Positions 19,090 to 27,899 of a DNA stretch of 64,000 nucleotides are shown piece by piece. Origin of the DNA: an uncultured Verrucomicrobiae bacterium (lineage in GTDB: Bacteria > Chlamydiota > Chlamydiia > Chlamydiales > Rhabdochlamydiaceae); NCBI GenBank assembly GCA_963813135.1, contig CAWEXY010000011.1:182374-246373 (forward strand), written 5' to 3'. The notes beneath the pieces were generated by a model. It had not been told where the DNA came from, searched no databases, and was given only the letters and a program-made list of their open reading frames with translations. A program made the translations under genes and the position numbers. Each line of letters begins with the position of its first letter. Position 1 is the stretch's first letter.

Positions 19090-20143
19090 TTACACTTCAG
19101 CTTCTTCGGGAACTTCCGCTTCTTCTTGGCGGGCTGAAGGGGCTTTTGCGGCGGCCTTTGCGAGAACCAATTTCTCAATCTCGTCGACAAGCTTGGGATT
19201 TTTCTTCAGCTCTTCGCGCACCGCTTCTTTTCCTTGGCCTAAACGATTGCCTGCATAGCTGAACCAAGCGCCTTTCTTCTCGATGATGCCAAAGTCGGAT
19301 CCTAGATCGATGAGCGAACCGATGCGAGAGATTCCTTCATTAAACAGGATGTCGAACTCGGCTACTTGGAAGGGAGGGGCTACTTTATTTTTGACAACTT
19401 TGACTTTGACGCGGTTTCCAACGTCGATGTTATCAGCTCCTTTAATGCCGCCAATGCGGCGGATGTCCATGCGGATAGAGGAGTAGAACTTCAGCGCCCG
19501 GCCGCCTGTCGTTGTTTCGGGGTTGCCGAACATGACGCCAATTTTTTCCCGGATCTGGTTGATGAAGATCGCGCACGTGTTGCTCTTCGAAAGCGTGGCT
19601 GTGAGCTTGCGGAGCGCTTGCGACATCATGCGGGCTTGAAGGCCCATAAACTGATCGCCGATCTCTCCGTCGAGCTCATTTTTAGGAACGAGCGCGGCCA
19701 CGGAGTCGATCACGATGACATCGACGGCGTTGGACCGGGCCAGGGTTTCGGCTATGTTGAGGGCCTCTTCTCCAGAGCTCGGGCTGAGAGATCATGAGAT
19801 CGTCGACGTTGACGCCAAGGCGCGCTGCATAGCTGGGGTCGAGAGCGTGTTCGGCATCGATATAGGCGGCAAGCCCTCCCGATTTTTGGGCATTGGCAAC
19901 AATGTGCGTCGCGAGCGTCGATTTACCAGAAGACTCAGGGCCGAAAATTTCAACAATACGTCCGCGGGGGACGCCGCCGATGCCGAGAGCGATATCAAGG
20001 GCTACAGCGCCTGTAGGAATGACGCTGACTTCGCGGGCCGCTGAGTGTTTGCCGAGCGTCATGACGGCGCCTTCGCCGAATTGTTTTTCAATTTGTGAGA
20101 GAGCAAGCTCGAGAGCTTTTTTCTTGGCAGAATCTTGTGACAT
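19090..20143 (-). CDS. recA: recombinase A, reading frame interrupted by one extra nucleotide near 19775-19781
   Basis: ORF 19682..20143 carries the N-terminus and P-loop ([13 protein letters not shown]). ORF 19090..19713 carries the remainder ([20 protein letters not shown]...[17 protein letters not shown]...). Dropping 1 nt from CCCGAGCTCTGGA restores [30 protein letters not shown]. Confidence 0.85.
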
Positions 20144-20205
20144 AAATGACTCCTTATTTTCATATTAGCTTGACTTGGAAATGGCTTCTCGTCAAGAAAG
20201 AAAAT

Positions 20206-21129
20206 ATGTTGTTAGTAGGAGATATTGGGGGCACGAAGACCCACCTTGCGCTCTTTGATGGAATGAAGTGTGTTAAGGAGCAAAGGTATTTCAGCCGCGA
20301 GTTTTCCGGTCTTAAAGAAATCGTTCGCAATTTTGCTCCTGGCAAAATTGAAAGCGCCTGTTTCGGCGTGGCAGGTCCTGTAGAAAATAATCGATGCCAA
20401 GCCACCAACCTTCCATGGGTGATCGATGCTAAAGATTTTGATATCGAAAAGGTGTGGATTATCAACGACCTCGTTGCGACGGCTTGGGCGTTGGAGTCGC
20501 TTAAAAGTGATGAGCTGGCCACCCTCAACAAGGGTAAAAAGCGCGCAGGACATCGCGCCGTCATCGCAGCGGGAACGGGTTTGGGGATAGCGGGCCTTTT
20601 TTGGGATGGAAAACAGCATCATCCTTTTCCTTCAGAAGGCGGGCATGCCGATTTTGCTCCGCGCGACGAAACAGAAAAGCTTCTGTGGATCTACCTAAAG
20701 AAAAAATACGGCCACGTCTCTTATGAGCGGATTGTTTCCGGCCCAGGCTTGGAACATCTTTATTGGTTTTACCTAGAGAGCGGCCGGGCCCATGAAAAGC
20801 TCGGCGAGGAAGATTTGCCCGCCATCATCACCCACAAGGCCGTCCAAGGCGAGTCCAAATCCTGCCGAGAGATCGTCGAGTGGTTTTGTTCGCTTTACGG
20901 AAGCGCAGCCGGCAATTTAGCTCTGCAATTTCTGCCTCTGGGAGGGATCTATATCGGCGGCGGAATCGCGCCGAAGATCGTGCCGATCTTAAAAGAGGGA
21001 TTTTTCTTGCGCGGATTTACAGAAAAGGGACGATTCCAAGAACTTCTTTCGTCCATCCCTGTCCATGTCATCATGAATGAGAACGCGGCGCTTCTGGGCG
21101 CGGCTGCTTTTGCTCGCAGGGCTTTATAG
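20206..21129 (+). CDS. glk: glucokinase
   Basis: It has MLLVGDIGGTKTHLALF (ROK/Glk phosphate-1 motif), AAGTGLG and GGIYIGGGIAPK. I prefer ATG 20206 to the track start. Confidence 0.85.
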   Translation: MLLVGDIGGTKTHLALFDGMKCVKEQRYFSREFSGLKEIVRNFAPGKIESACFGVAGPVENNRCQATNLPWVIDAKDFDIEKVWIINDLVATAWALESLKSDELATLNKGKKRAGHRAVIAAGTGLGIAGLFWDGKQHHPFPSEGGHADFAPRDETEKLLWIYLKKKYGHVSYERIVSGPGLEHLYWFYLESGRAHEKLGEEDLPAIITHKAVQGESKSCREIVEWFCSLYGSAAGNLALQFLPLGGIYIGGGIAPKIVPILKEGFFLRGFTEKGRFQELLSSIPVHVIMNENAALLGAAAFARRAL

Positions 21130-21153
21130 AGAACAGCCATCCGCTTTAAGTTA

Positions 21154-21615
21154 TTATTTTTTTTGCGGATTAAAGGGTGTTATAAGACCCCAACCTGCCT
21201 TCCAATTCATAAGTCCCTTAATCATATCACTTAAACTAGTGTACTCATGATCTTGAAGGTTTTTGTAATACCATTTTTTTGTTGCTGGATTATAATGAAA
21301 TAACGAATTGGCTATTGTGTGATTCTCGCGCACCCAATGTAAAGTAAATTCCGTTCTCTCCCTCATAAGTCCATTGATCATATAAGTTCCAGGCTCTTTC
21401 CCCCATATAGTTTGCTCTGCCATCTGTATACCAACCTCAGATGTCCAGTAGGCGGGATGATGAAATATCTCGTTTTCCCATTCTGTATTTTCCCTGGTCA
21501 CCCCAAATTGGGGAGAACTGATGGGTGAAAACATGGGACTAGAAGAAGTAGAATCTAGTTTTTTTGGTGAAAGCATGGGACTAGAAGAAGTAGAATCTGG
21601 TTTTATGTGGTCCAT
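21154..21615 (-). CDS. hypothetical protein with a Ser/Pro-rich tandem repeat at the N-terminus
   Basis: 153-aa ORF that overlaps the stop of the upstream 1014-aa gene by 13 nt. It contains the 14-aa repeat DSTSSSPM(L/F)SP... Confidence 0.5.
   Translation of the reverse strand: MDHIKPDSTSSSPMLSPKKLDSTSSSPMFSPISSPQFGVTRENTEWENEIFHHPAYWTSEVGIQMAEQTIWGKEPGTYMINGLMRERTEFTLHWVRENHTIANSLFHYNPATKKWYYKNLQDHEYTSLSDMIKGLMNWKAGWGLITPFNPQKK
21524..21607. repeat. 2 x 42-nt in-frame tandem repeat
   Basis: GGTGAAA(A/G)CATGGGACTAGAAGAAGTAGAATCT(A/G)GTTTT occurs at 21524 and again at 21566. The period is 42 nt, equal to 14 codons on the minus strand. Confidence 0.85.
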
Positions 21616-24600
21616 AAAATCTCCTTTGTTATTTTTTTCGAATATTTAATTTCTGTGTTTATATTTACATGCTTGAAATCAATATTTCCCATTTTAGAAG
21701 GGAATAGTCCTTCAACGTAACTTTTTCTAATAAAAGGATCGCTATCATAAAAAACAGGTATTACAGGCATTTCTTGCATTAAAATCGCTTCCGCTTGAGC
21801 CAAGAAAAGATTGCGCTGCTCAGCATCGAGTTCTAGCTGCGCTTTTTCTGTTAATGCTTGAAATTCCCAGTTTTTCCAATTAGAAAAATTGATCAATTCC
21901 GAAGAAGACTTAAAAGCTTCAAGGGTATAAAGAGGATCATCAATCCATGATCGCCAGCTGAGACATCCGATATGATAGTCGCCTTTTTGTAACTTTTGGA
22001 AAACTTCTTTAAAATCATAACTTTCTAATCGAATCACAATGCCCAGAACCTCCTTCCATTGTTGAACGATTCTTAAAGCTATTTTTTCTCTGAGCTCGTT
22101 TCTGGGATATATGAGAGTGAGAATAGGAAATTCTTCACGCTTGATCTCAAGTTCTTGTAAGGCTGATTCGAATAGCTTAAGGGCTTCTTGAGGGCTTGAC
22201 TGTTCTAAACGCGCTGAGGAAAGAGGAACAGGTGAATAGGCGGGAAGGACGGGATAAGAAAAAAGATTTACAATCGATTGGCGATCGATAGCATAAGCAA
22301 ATGCTTGGCGTATTTTTTTAGACTGGAAGGGGAATTCTTGGAGGTTGAAGTAGCACCAAAGTGTCGATCCAACGGAAACTTTTTCAATCGGCAATTTTTC
22401 GTCTTCTTTAAAAAAATGTTCCCAAGCGCGCAAGGGCCGCCCCAGCCAATCGATTTCTCCATTTTCAAACATTTTTTTTGCTTTAGGCGCATCTGCTTTT
22501 ACAATTAGGATACGGTCTAATTTGACGGCTGTTTCATCCCAATATAAGGGGTTTTTTATGAGTTTATAACTCTCGTCCTGTGCAATATGTTGGAGCATGA
22601 AAGGGCCATTGCAAACATAGGAGGTGCCGCTTTGTACATGCCAATTTGGATGGAGCTTATCTGTGCGATGATTAATAGGAGAATAGAGGGGATGGGAAAT
22701 CAGTGCCAAAAAATAGGGACAGGGGTGTTCTAATTGGATCACGAGAGTTTTATCGTCTAGGGCGCTTACTCCAATTTCTTCAATAGAAATAAGGCCCTGC
22801 TGTGCTTTTTTTGCATTCAAGATGACATGGAAAAAATGGGCAAAAGGAGAATTAAAATGCGGGGATAACAGCGTTTTCCAAGTATAGCAAAAATCATGTG
22901 CAGTGATTGGATCACCATTGCTCCAAGTACAATTTCGTAGAGTGAAGGTATAACACTTTTCCTCGTCGGAAATAATGGCAGATGTTGCGATTGCTAAATG
23001 AACTTGACCGTCTTTTCCAATACGTGTCAGGCCCTCAAAAAGCATTTTAAGAATACAGCTGGATATCTCATCTCCCCCTATCCTTGGATCAAGAGAAATA
23101 GGGGAATGTTGCAAGGAAAGTCGCAATATCCTTACGCTGCGTATTTTTTCTAGCCAGGATTCAATGCCGTCTTCTAAAACTCGTACGAAATTCGTTTGCT
23201 GTTCCTCAGAAAGGGCATCGTGAATATAACCAAGGGCGACACCTCCGATATCATTAAGGGCGACCCAAGCCGTTAATTCTTTTGAAAAAACTGCTCTACT
23301 GACCACAGCGCTCATGTGATCATGGAAAGATGGATCCCCATGCCGGACGATCGCGTATATTAAATTGTCTTTTTTTCTAACTTTGAAAAAGCAACTGTCA
23401 CTTAAGGAAAGATCAGAGGCAAGAGCTTCAAGATAAAGTTGGAAGAGATCAAAGAAAGATTCAAGAGGGAGGATAGCCTGCACTCCAGGAGGGTTGAATC
23501 CATAGAAAAAATCTTCCAGTAGTTCAGGATCTTTTTGTGTGATTTGTTTGCAATGTGTTTTAAATTGAGCGAATAATTCCAACTGTTTGGCAAAGACTTT
23601 CCCATTATGATCGCATACTTCCCCTAATGTTCGTGTGAGAAGAGAAAAAATAAAATGGTGCGCTTGGAATAGATTAAAGGAAAAATCTGAGCGTAATAAG
23701 AATGGCTTTTTAGGCATTTTTAAATAAAAGACCGAAGCTTCCTTGGGAATATTATCTATATGGCCAACAATCGAACTTCGTTCAAGAATAAATTCAACAC
23801 TCTCTTTAAGACCTATAAAATAATCGGCTATTTTCCTCGAATGATTCTTTAATGCCCGCACAATAAGAATACGGAACACGAGAAGATTGCCAAAAGTCTT
23901 TTCAAATGAAATCATGACTTGTGGAAGATCGGAAGTCGTTTGGAGTTCCTGGCTTAAGAAAAAAATATTGCGTGTTGTCGTCTCTAAAGCGTCATTAAGG
24001 CCCAAAATAGATGGGATTAATGCTGCAAAGTTTTTTATCAATTTCTCTTTCAAGGATGTTTTTAACAAAAGCATTTCTTCAGAGGTAAAGAAAGAACCAT
24101 CCGCTTTTTCTAGTTCTAGATAGAGTAAATGAAATGGATCTCGGGGTTGCTGAAAAGTCAGAAAAGAATCCTTCACAAATTGAATGTGGGGGAGCAACTT
24201 TTTCGCTCCTAGGAGGATATGTTCTTTTTTCAATTGATTGAAAGCATTGGATAGAGGGATGACGATGCTGATTCCGATCACAGACTGCTGTCCGAAAGGA
24301 AAGAGGAGTCGAGTAGGCAACAATCGGAGCTCTATTTGAATTTCATCGGCCAGTGATTTTTGTTTGAGTAGAAGATTCTTACGCATGAGATAATGCGAAC
24401 ATATAATGCGCAATTGATGCGATTGGCATCGATGAGCGCGGAATTCTATTGGCGTAAGCACTAAAAAACGTTGGGCATCTCTGATGAGATTACTATCGAA
24501 CTCATGAGGCCATTTTTGCAAAATTTTGATCAATAAGCTGAAAAAAGTTTTAGATGGAATCGTTTCTTCCAGCAGCGACCGACCTTCTAACTTGGAGTAT

Positions 24601-24647
24601 AAGAGGCTAGGAAATTGCTTTAAAAGAGCAAATGATTTCTTCCACAT
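21603..24647 (-). CDS. large protein: ~500-aa unknown N-terminal region fused to a family-5 solute-binding (OppA/DppA-like) domain
   Basis: The C-terminal half has WSNGDPITAHDFCYTWKTLLSP, LDDKTLVIQLEHPCPYFLALISHP and IPVFYD, as in SBP_bac_5 proteins. There is no obvious signal peptide. The gene is visibly A/T-richer than the neighbouring oppA. Confidence 0.75.
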   Translation of the reverse strand: MWKKSFALLKQFPSLLYSKLEGRSLLEETIPSKTFFSLLIKILQKWPHEFDSNLIRDAQRFLVLTPIEFRAHRCQSHQLRIICSHYLMRKNLLLKQKSLADEIQIELRLLPTRLLFPFGQQSVIGISIVIPLSNAFNQLKKEHILLGAKKLLPHIQFVKDSFLTFQQPRDPFHLLYLELEKADGSFFTSEEMLLLKTSLKEKLIKNFAALIPSILGLNDALETTTRNIFFLSQELQTTSDLPQVMISFEKTFGNLLVFRILIVRALKNHSRKIADYFIGLKESVEFILERSSIVGHIDNIPKEASVFYLKMPKKPFLLRSDFSFNLFQAHHFIFSLLTRTLGEVCDHNGKVFAKQLELFAQFKTHCKQITQKDPELLEDFFYGFNPPGVQAILPLESFFDLFQLYLEALASDLSLSDSCFFKVRKKDNLIYAIVRHGDPSFHDHMSAVVSRAVFSKELTAWVALNDIGGVALGYIHDALSEEQQTNFVRVLEDGIESWLEKIRSVRILRLSLQHSPISLDPRIGGDEISSCILKMLFEGLTRIGKDGQVHLAIATSAIISDEEKCYTFTLRNCTWSNGDPITAHDFCYTWKTLLSPHFNSPFAHFFHVILNAKKAQQGLISIEEIGVSALDDKTLVIQLEHPCPYFLALISHPLYSPINHRTDKLHPNWHVQSGTSYVCNGPFMLQHIAQDESYKLIKNPLYWDETAVKLDRILIVKADAPKAKKMFENGEIDWLGRPLRAWEHFFKEDEKLPIEKVSVGSTLWCYFNLQEFPFQSKKIRQAFAYAIDRQSIVNLFSYPVLPAYSPVPLSSARLEQSSPQEALKLFESALQELEIKREEFPILTLIYPRNELREKIALRIVQQWKEVLGIVIRLESYDFKEVFQKLQKGDYHIGCLSWRSWIDDPLYTLEAFKSSSELINFSNWKNWEFQALTEKAQLELDAEQRNLFLAQAEAILMQEMPVIPVFYDSDPFIRKSYVEGLFPSKMGNIDFKHVNINTEIKYSKKITKEILWTT

Positions 24648-24710
24648 AAGGACTCAACATAGTTGCGTTTTTAACAAGAATAAATTTTTTTGGAAAAAAA
24701 GTCGAGATAA

Positions 24711-25550
24711 CTATCCACCAATAATAGTATCGGGATGCCAGCGGCGGATGGCGAACGGCTGTTTCTTGGACCAGCACTCCTCCAAGCGCTCTTTGAGGGG
24801 CGTTTCGATAACGCCTTGAACGATACGGCTTTCAAGCACAAGATGCGGGGAGAGAATGAAAATCACATGCCCTGCTTGCCCTGGCTGGCCGGGCCAGACG
24901 ATCATATCGCCGCGCATCACTTTGGAGCTGATCGCTTCAAAGGGCTCTTCATGGGTAGCGATGAGCGTGCCCAGTTTGCATAGCCCTGATGTGTTGCGCG
25001 GGGTCCATCCATGCGTTGCTTCGTAGAGGATGCCCGAGCAGTCGACGCCGGTGCATGTCCAGTCGAGATGGGATTCTAGATCGAGGGGGCTTTGCGGCGG
25101 ATACAATTCTAGGAGCTCGGGGATTCCTTGATACCAGTTGCCGCCCCAAAAATAGCGGTGGCCTTTCAACCGCTCCATAGAAATAAGGACCGATTCCAGA
25201 GGAGGAAGATAGATGCGCCGTTCGGGAGTCGTCGGATGGCAGGGTTCTAAAAAGCGTTGATCAACATAAAGAGGTTGAGAGGAGGGATATTCGGCGGTTT
25301 CGACTTGCGCCATTCCTCCCAAGGCATTGAGAATCGTAAATTTTGTGCCGGGGAACGCAATGTTCTCGATAGAAAATAGTCTTTTCTTTTCATCGTAAGG
25401 CAAAGGGTAAAAAAAGGGCGGCTTGGCGTTGTTGAGGATCGGCGTCGGATATTTTGCAAGCGCGTGTGTTGACATTAACCGGAGTGCTTTTCTAAAGTGG
25501 GGGCTTAAAGCCTCTGTACTGGACAAAATTTCCTGGCGCCCGCGAGGCAT
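24711..25550 (-). CDS. NlpC/P60-family (C40) cell-wall peptidase-like protein
   Basis: YFWGGN...GVDCSGILYEA carries the candidate catalytic Cys. GDMIVWPGQPGQAGHVIFI carries the candidate His. Confidence 0.7.
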   Translation of the reverse strand: MPRGRQEILSSTEALSPHFRKALRLMSTHALAKYPTPILNNAKPPFFYPLPYDEKKRLFSIENIAFPGTKFTILNALGGMAQVETAEYPSSQPLYVDQRFLEPCHPTTPERRIYLPPLESVLISMERLKGHRYFWGGNWYQGIPELLELYPPQSPLDLESHLDWTCTGVDCSGILYEATHGWTPRNTSGLCKLGTLIATHEEPFEAISSKVMRGDMIVWPGQPGQAGHVIFILSPHLVLESRIVQGVIETPLKERLEECWSKKQPFAIRRWHPDTIIGG

Positions 25551-25591
25551 ATCTGAAAATTTTGTCCAGCACTGAGACTAGGAGCTTGAGT

Positions 25592-27169
25592 ATGTTAAAC
25601 AAAATTAAATTCGTCAACGTTTTCGTTCTTCTTCTTTTCCTCGTCAGTTGCGGCAGTCAAAAAGATATTCCCGTACGCATTAATATAGGAGCAGAGCCTC
25701 AAACGCTCGATCCGAGAAAAGCCCGCGATCTGCAAGCGCAAACATTAACGCGGATGTTTTTTGACGGACTTATGCGTCTTGGAAAAGATGAAAAACCTGA
25801 ATGCTCCCTCGCAGAAAAGTATGAAGTCTCCAACGATGGGTGTGTTTATACCTTCTATTTACGCGAGGCCAAGTGGACCAATGGAGATCCCGTTACGGCG
25901 CAAGATTTTGCTTATGCTTGGAAAAAAGTGCTCGACCCGAAATTTCCCTCGGACCAGGCGTTTCAACTCTATGTCATTAACAATGCCCAAGCGGCTGTAG
26001 AGGGAAAAGTTTCGATGGAGGATGTGGGCATTCGTGTGCTGGACGATAAAACGCTCCGCGTGGAGTTGACGAATCCGACAGCCCATTTTTTAGAATTGAC
26101 CACTCTTCCTGCATTTTTTCCCGTCTGCGCCCGAGTCGATCAAGAAAATTCTCATTGGGATTTAAATGCGAACACTTATGTATGCAACGGCCCTTTTCGG
26201 CCTGCGGAATGGAAACATTCCGATATCATCGAAGCTGTAAAAAATCCTGAGTACTGGGATGCAGCGCATGTCAACTTAAAGCAGATCGAGTTGATCATGG
26301 TGAGCGAAGACGCAGAACTGAAGATGTATGAAAAAAAACAGCTCGATTGGGCGGGTTCTCCTCTTTCCATTCTTCCCCTCAACGCCCTTCCTGAGCTGAA
26401 GAAAAAAGAAAAGCTCCAAGCGCAGCCTTTCTTGGCGACCTACTTTTTTCGAACCAATGTCGGAAAAGCGCCGCTCGATAATCCCAACTTAAGAAAAGCG
26501 CTGGCGCTCGCTTTGGACCGCAGCGAGCTTGTAGAACATGTAACTCAAGGCGGGCAGATCCCAGCGACCGGGCTTGTTCCTATATCGATGGGATTGCAGG
26601 AAGGGCCTTATTTCCAGGATCATGATGTTCTGGGCGCACAAAAATATTTAGGAATGGCCGAGCAGCAAAATGGGCCTACGCCTCCCCTCACATATATATA
26701 TGTAGCGGGCGAGAGGAACTACCTTATCGCTCAAGCCGTGCAGCAGCAATGGAAGGCTGCGCTGGGGATAGAAGTTCGATTGGAGGCCGTCGAACGCAAA
26801 GTCTACTTCGATCGATTGTCCCGACGCGATTTCGATCTCGCGGCGAGTTCATGGGAGGCCGATTTCCACGATCCCCTCAATTTTCTTGCGATATTTAAAC
26901 TGAAAAATGGCGGCTCGAACAACACGAATTGGGAGAACGCTTCCTACACAGCATTGCTTAAAAATGCAGAGAAGGCGTTAGATCCTCTAGAGCGAAAAGA
27001 GTATCTTAAAAAAGCTGAAGCGCTTTTAATTGAAGAGATGCCGATCATTCCGGTTTTCCATCGAAGGCTTCTCTACGTGAAAAAACAGGCTTTATGCGAT
27101 GTTGTGCTCTCCAGTCTGGGCGCGCTCGATTTTAAATGGGCCTATATGGCCGGCGAGGAAAAGAAATGA
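25592..27169 (+). CDS. oppA: oligopeptide ABC transporter substrate-binding lipoprotein
   Basis: The lipobox is LLFLVSCGS. WTNGDPVTAQDFAYAWKKVLDP, LDDKTLRVELTNPTAHFLELT and IPVFH are SBP_bac_5 blocks. ATG 25592 follows AGGAG. Confidence 0.85.
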   Translation: MLNKIKFVNVFVLLLFLVSCGSQKDIPVRINIGAEPQTLDPRKARDLQAQTLTRMFFDGLMRLGKDEKPECSLAEKYEVSNDGCVYTFYLREAKWTNGDPVTAQDFAYAWKKVLDPKFPSDQAFQLYVINNAQAAVEGKVSMEDVGIRVLDDKTLRVELTNPTAHFLELTTLPAFFPVCARVDQENSHWDLNANTYVCNGPFRPAEWKHSDIIEAVKNPEYWDAAHVNLKQIELIMVSEDAELKMYEKKQLDWAGSPLSILPLNALPELKKKEKLQAQPFLATYFFRTNVGKAPLDNPNLRKALALALDRSELVEHVTQGGQIPATGLVPISMGLQEGPYFQDHDVLGAQKYLGMAEQQNGPTPPLTYIYVAGERNYLIAQAVQQQWKAALGIEVRLEAVERKVYFDRLSRRDFDLAASSWEADFHDPLNFLAIFKLKNGGSNNTNWENASYTALLKNAEKALDPLERKEYLKKAEALLIEEMPIIPVFHRRLLYVKKQALCDVVLSSLGALDFKWAYMAGEEKK

Positions 27170-27609
27170 AAAAGCTCTTGTTGTTATTGGCCGCCGCCGC
27201 ATGCCTTGAAGCAGGGACTGTGCGTCTGGCGAATAACACGTCCTTTAAGCTCCGCACGGTGATCCGGGCGGCGGATGGAACGTACTTAGGAGAAGTCGTC
27301 GTCAACCCTCAGCAGACGATGTCTTGGAATGATTATTTCGGGGGTATTGGAACGTATAACAACTCTCAGACGCCTTATACCGTGATTTGGTATTGCATCG
27401 ATGGCAGCGATTTTTCCGTGTGCGAACAAGTTCCCACGGGAGCGACGGTCACTCCCCTTAACTGTGAGGGAACGCGCACATGCAAAGTGAAGCCGCCGCC
27501 CGGACGTCCCCCGCTCCAAGGCCCTTCAACGAAGGAATATTTGATGGAGCCGGAGCAGCAGCAAGAACAGCAAGAAGCCGGCCCTCCCGAAGGCTACACG
27601 ACTCCGTAA
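27166..27609 (+). CDS. small secreted Cys-containing protein with a Pro/Gln-rich tail
   Basis: The signal peptide is MKKLLLLLAAAACLEAG. Its ATG overlaps the oppA stop (ATGA), which suggests translational coupling. Confidence 0.5.
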   Translation: MKKLLLLLAAAACLEAGTVRLANNTSFKLRTVIRAADGTYLGEVVVNPQQTMSWNDYFGGIGTYNNSQTPYTVIWYCIDGSDFSVCEQVPTGATVTPLNCEGTRTCKVKPPPGRPPLQGPSTKEYLMEPEQQQEQQEAGPPEGYTTP

Positions 27610-27899
27610 TCAAAATATATTCTTTGCAGAGTGAAGTATAAGTTTGGGGTTTATTCCAATATTTTATTAGTATATACTTTTTTCTTTCCAATTAATGCAC
27701 GGTTCTGATTTTCGATGAGTATTTTTCTCTATTCTGGCTTAAAGTGCTTACAATTAAGTAATTTTGTCAGCTTTGTATAAGCAAGTTATTTAAGACAAAT
27801 ACTTTTACCGGCCTGCTAAATATTTGTGGAATGATTTGTCATTTTATGATATAAAATAGCCTTAACTTTTAAAGCATTTATAAAAGCAAGGAGTTCCTC

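Noticed and set aside
21154-21615. SH2-like pattern (W/Y...GTYMI...FTLHWV...WYY...YTSLSDMI) in the 153-aa protein
   Set aside because: The block order resembles an SH2 domain. The position equivalent to the invariant phosphotyrosine-binding Arg of FLVRES is Asn (YMINGL), and the similarity is only pattern-level. That is not enough to claim.
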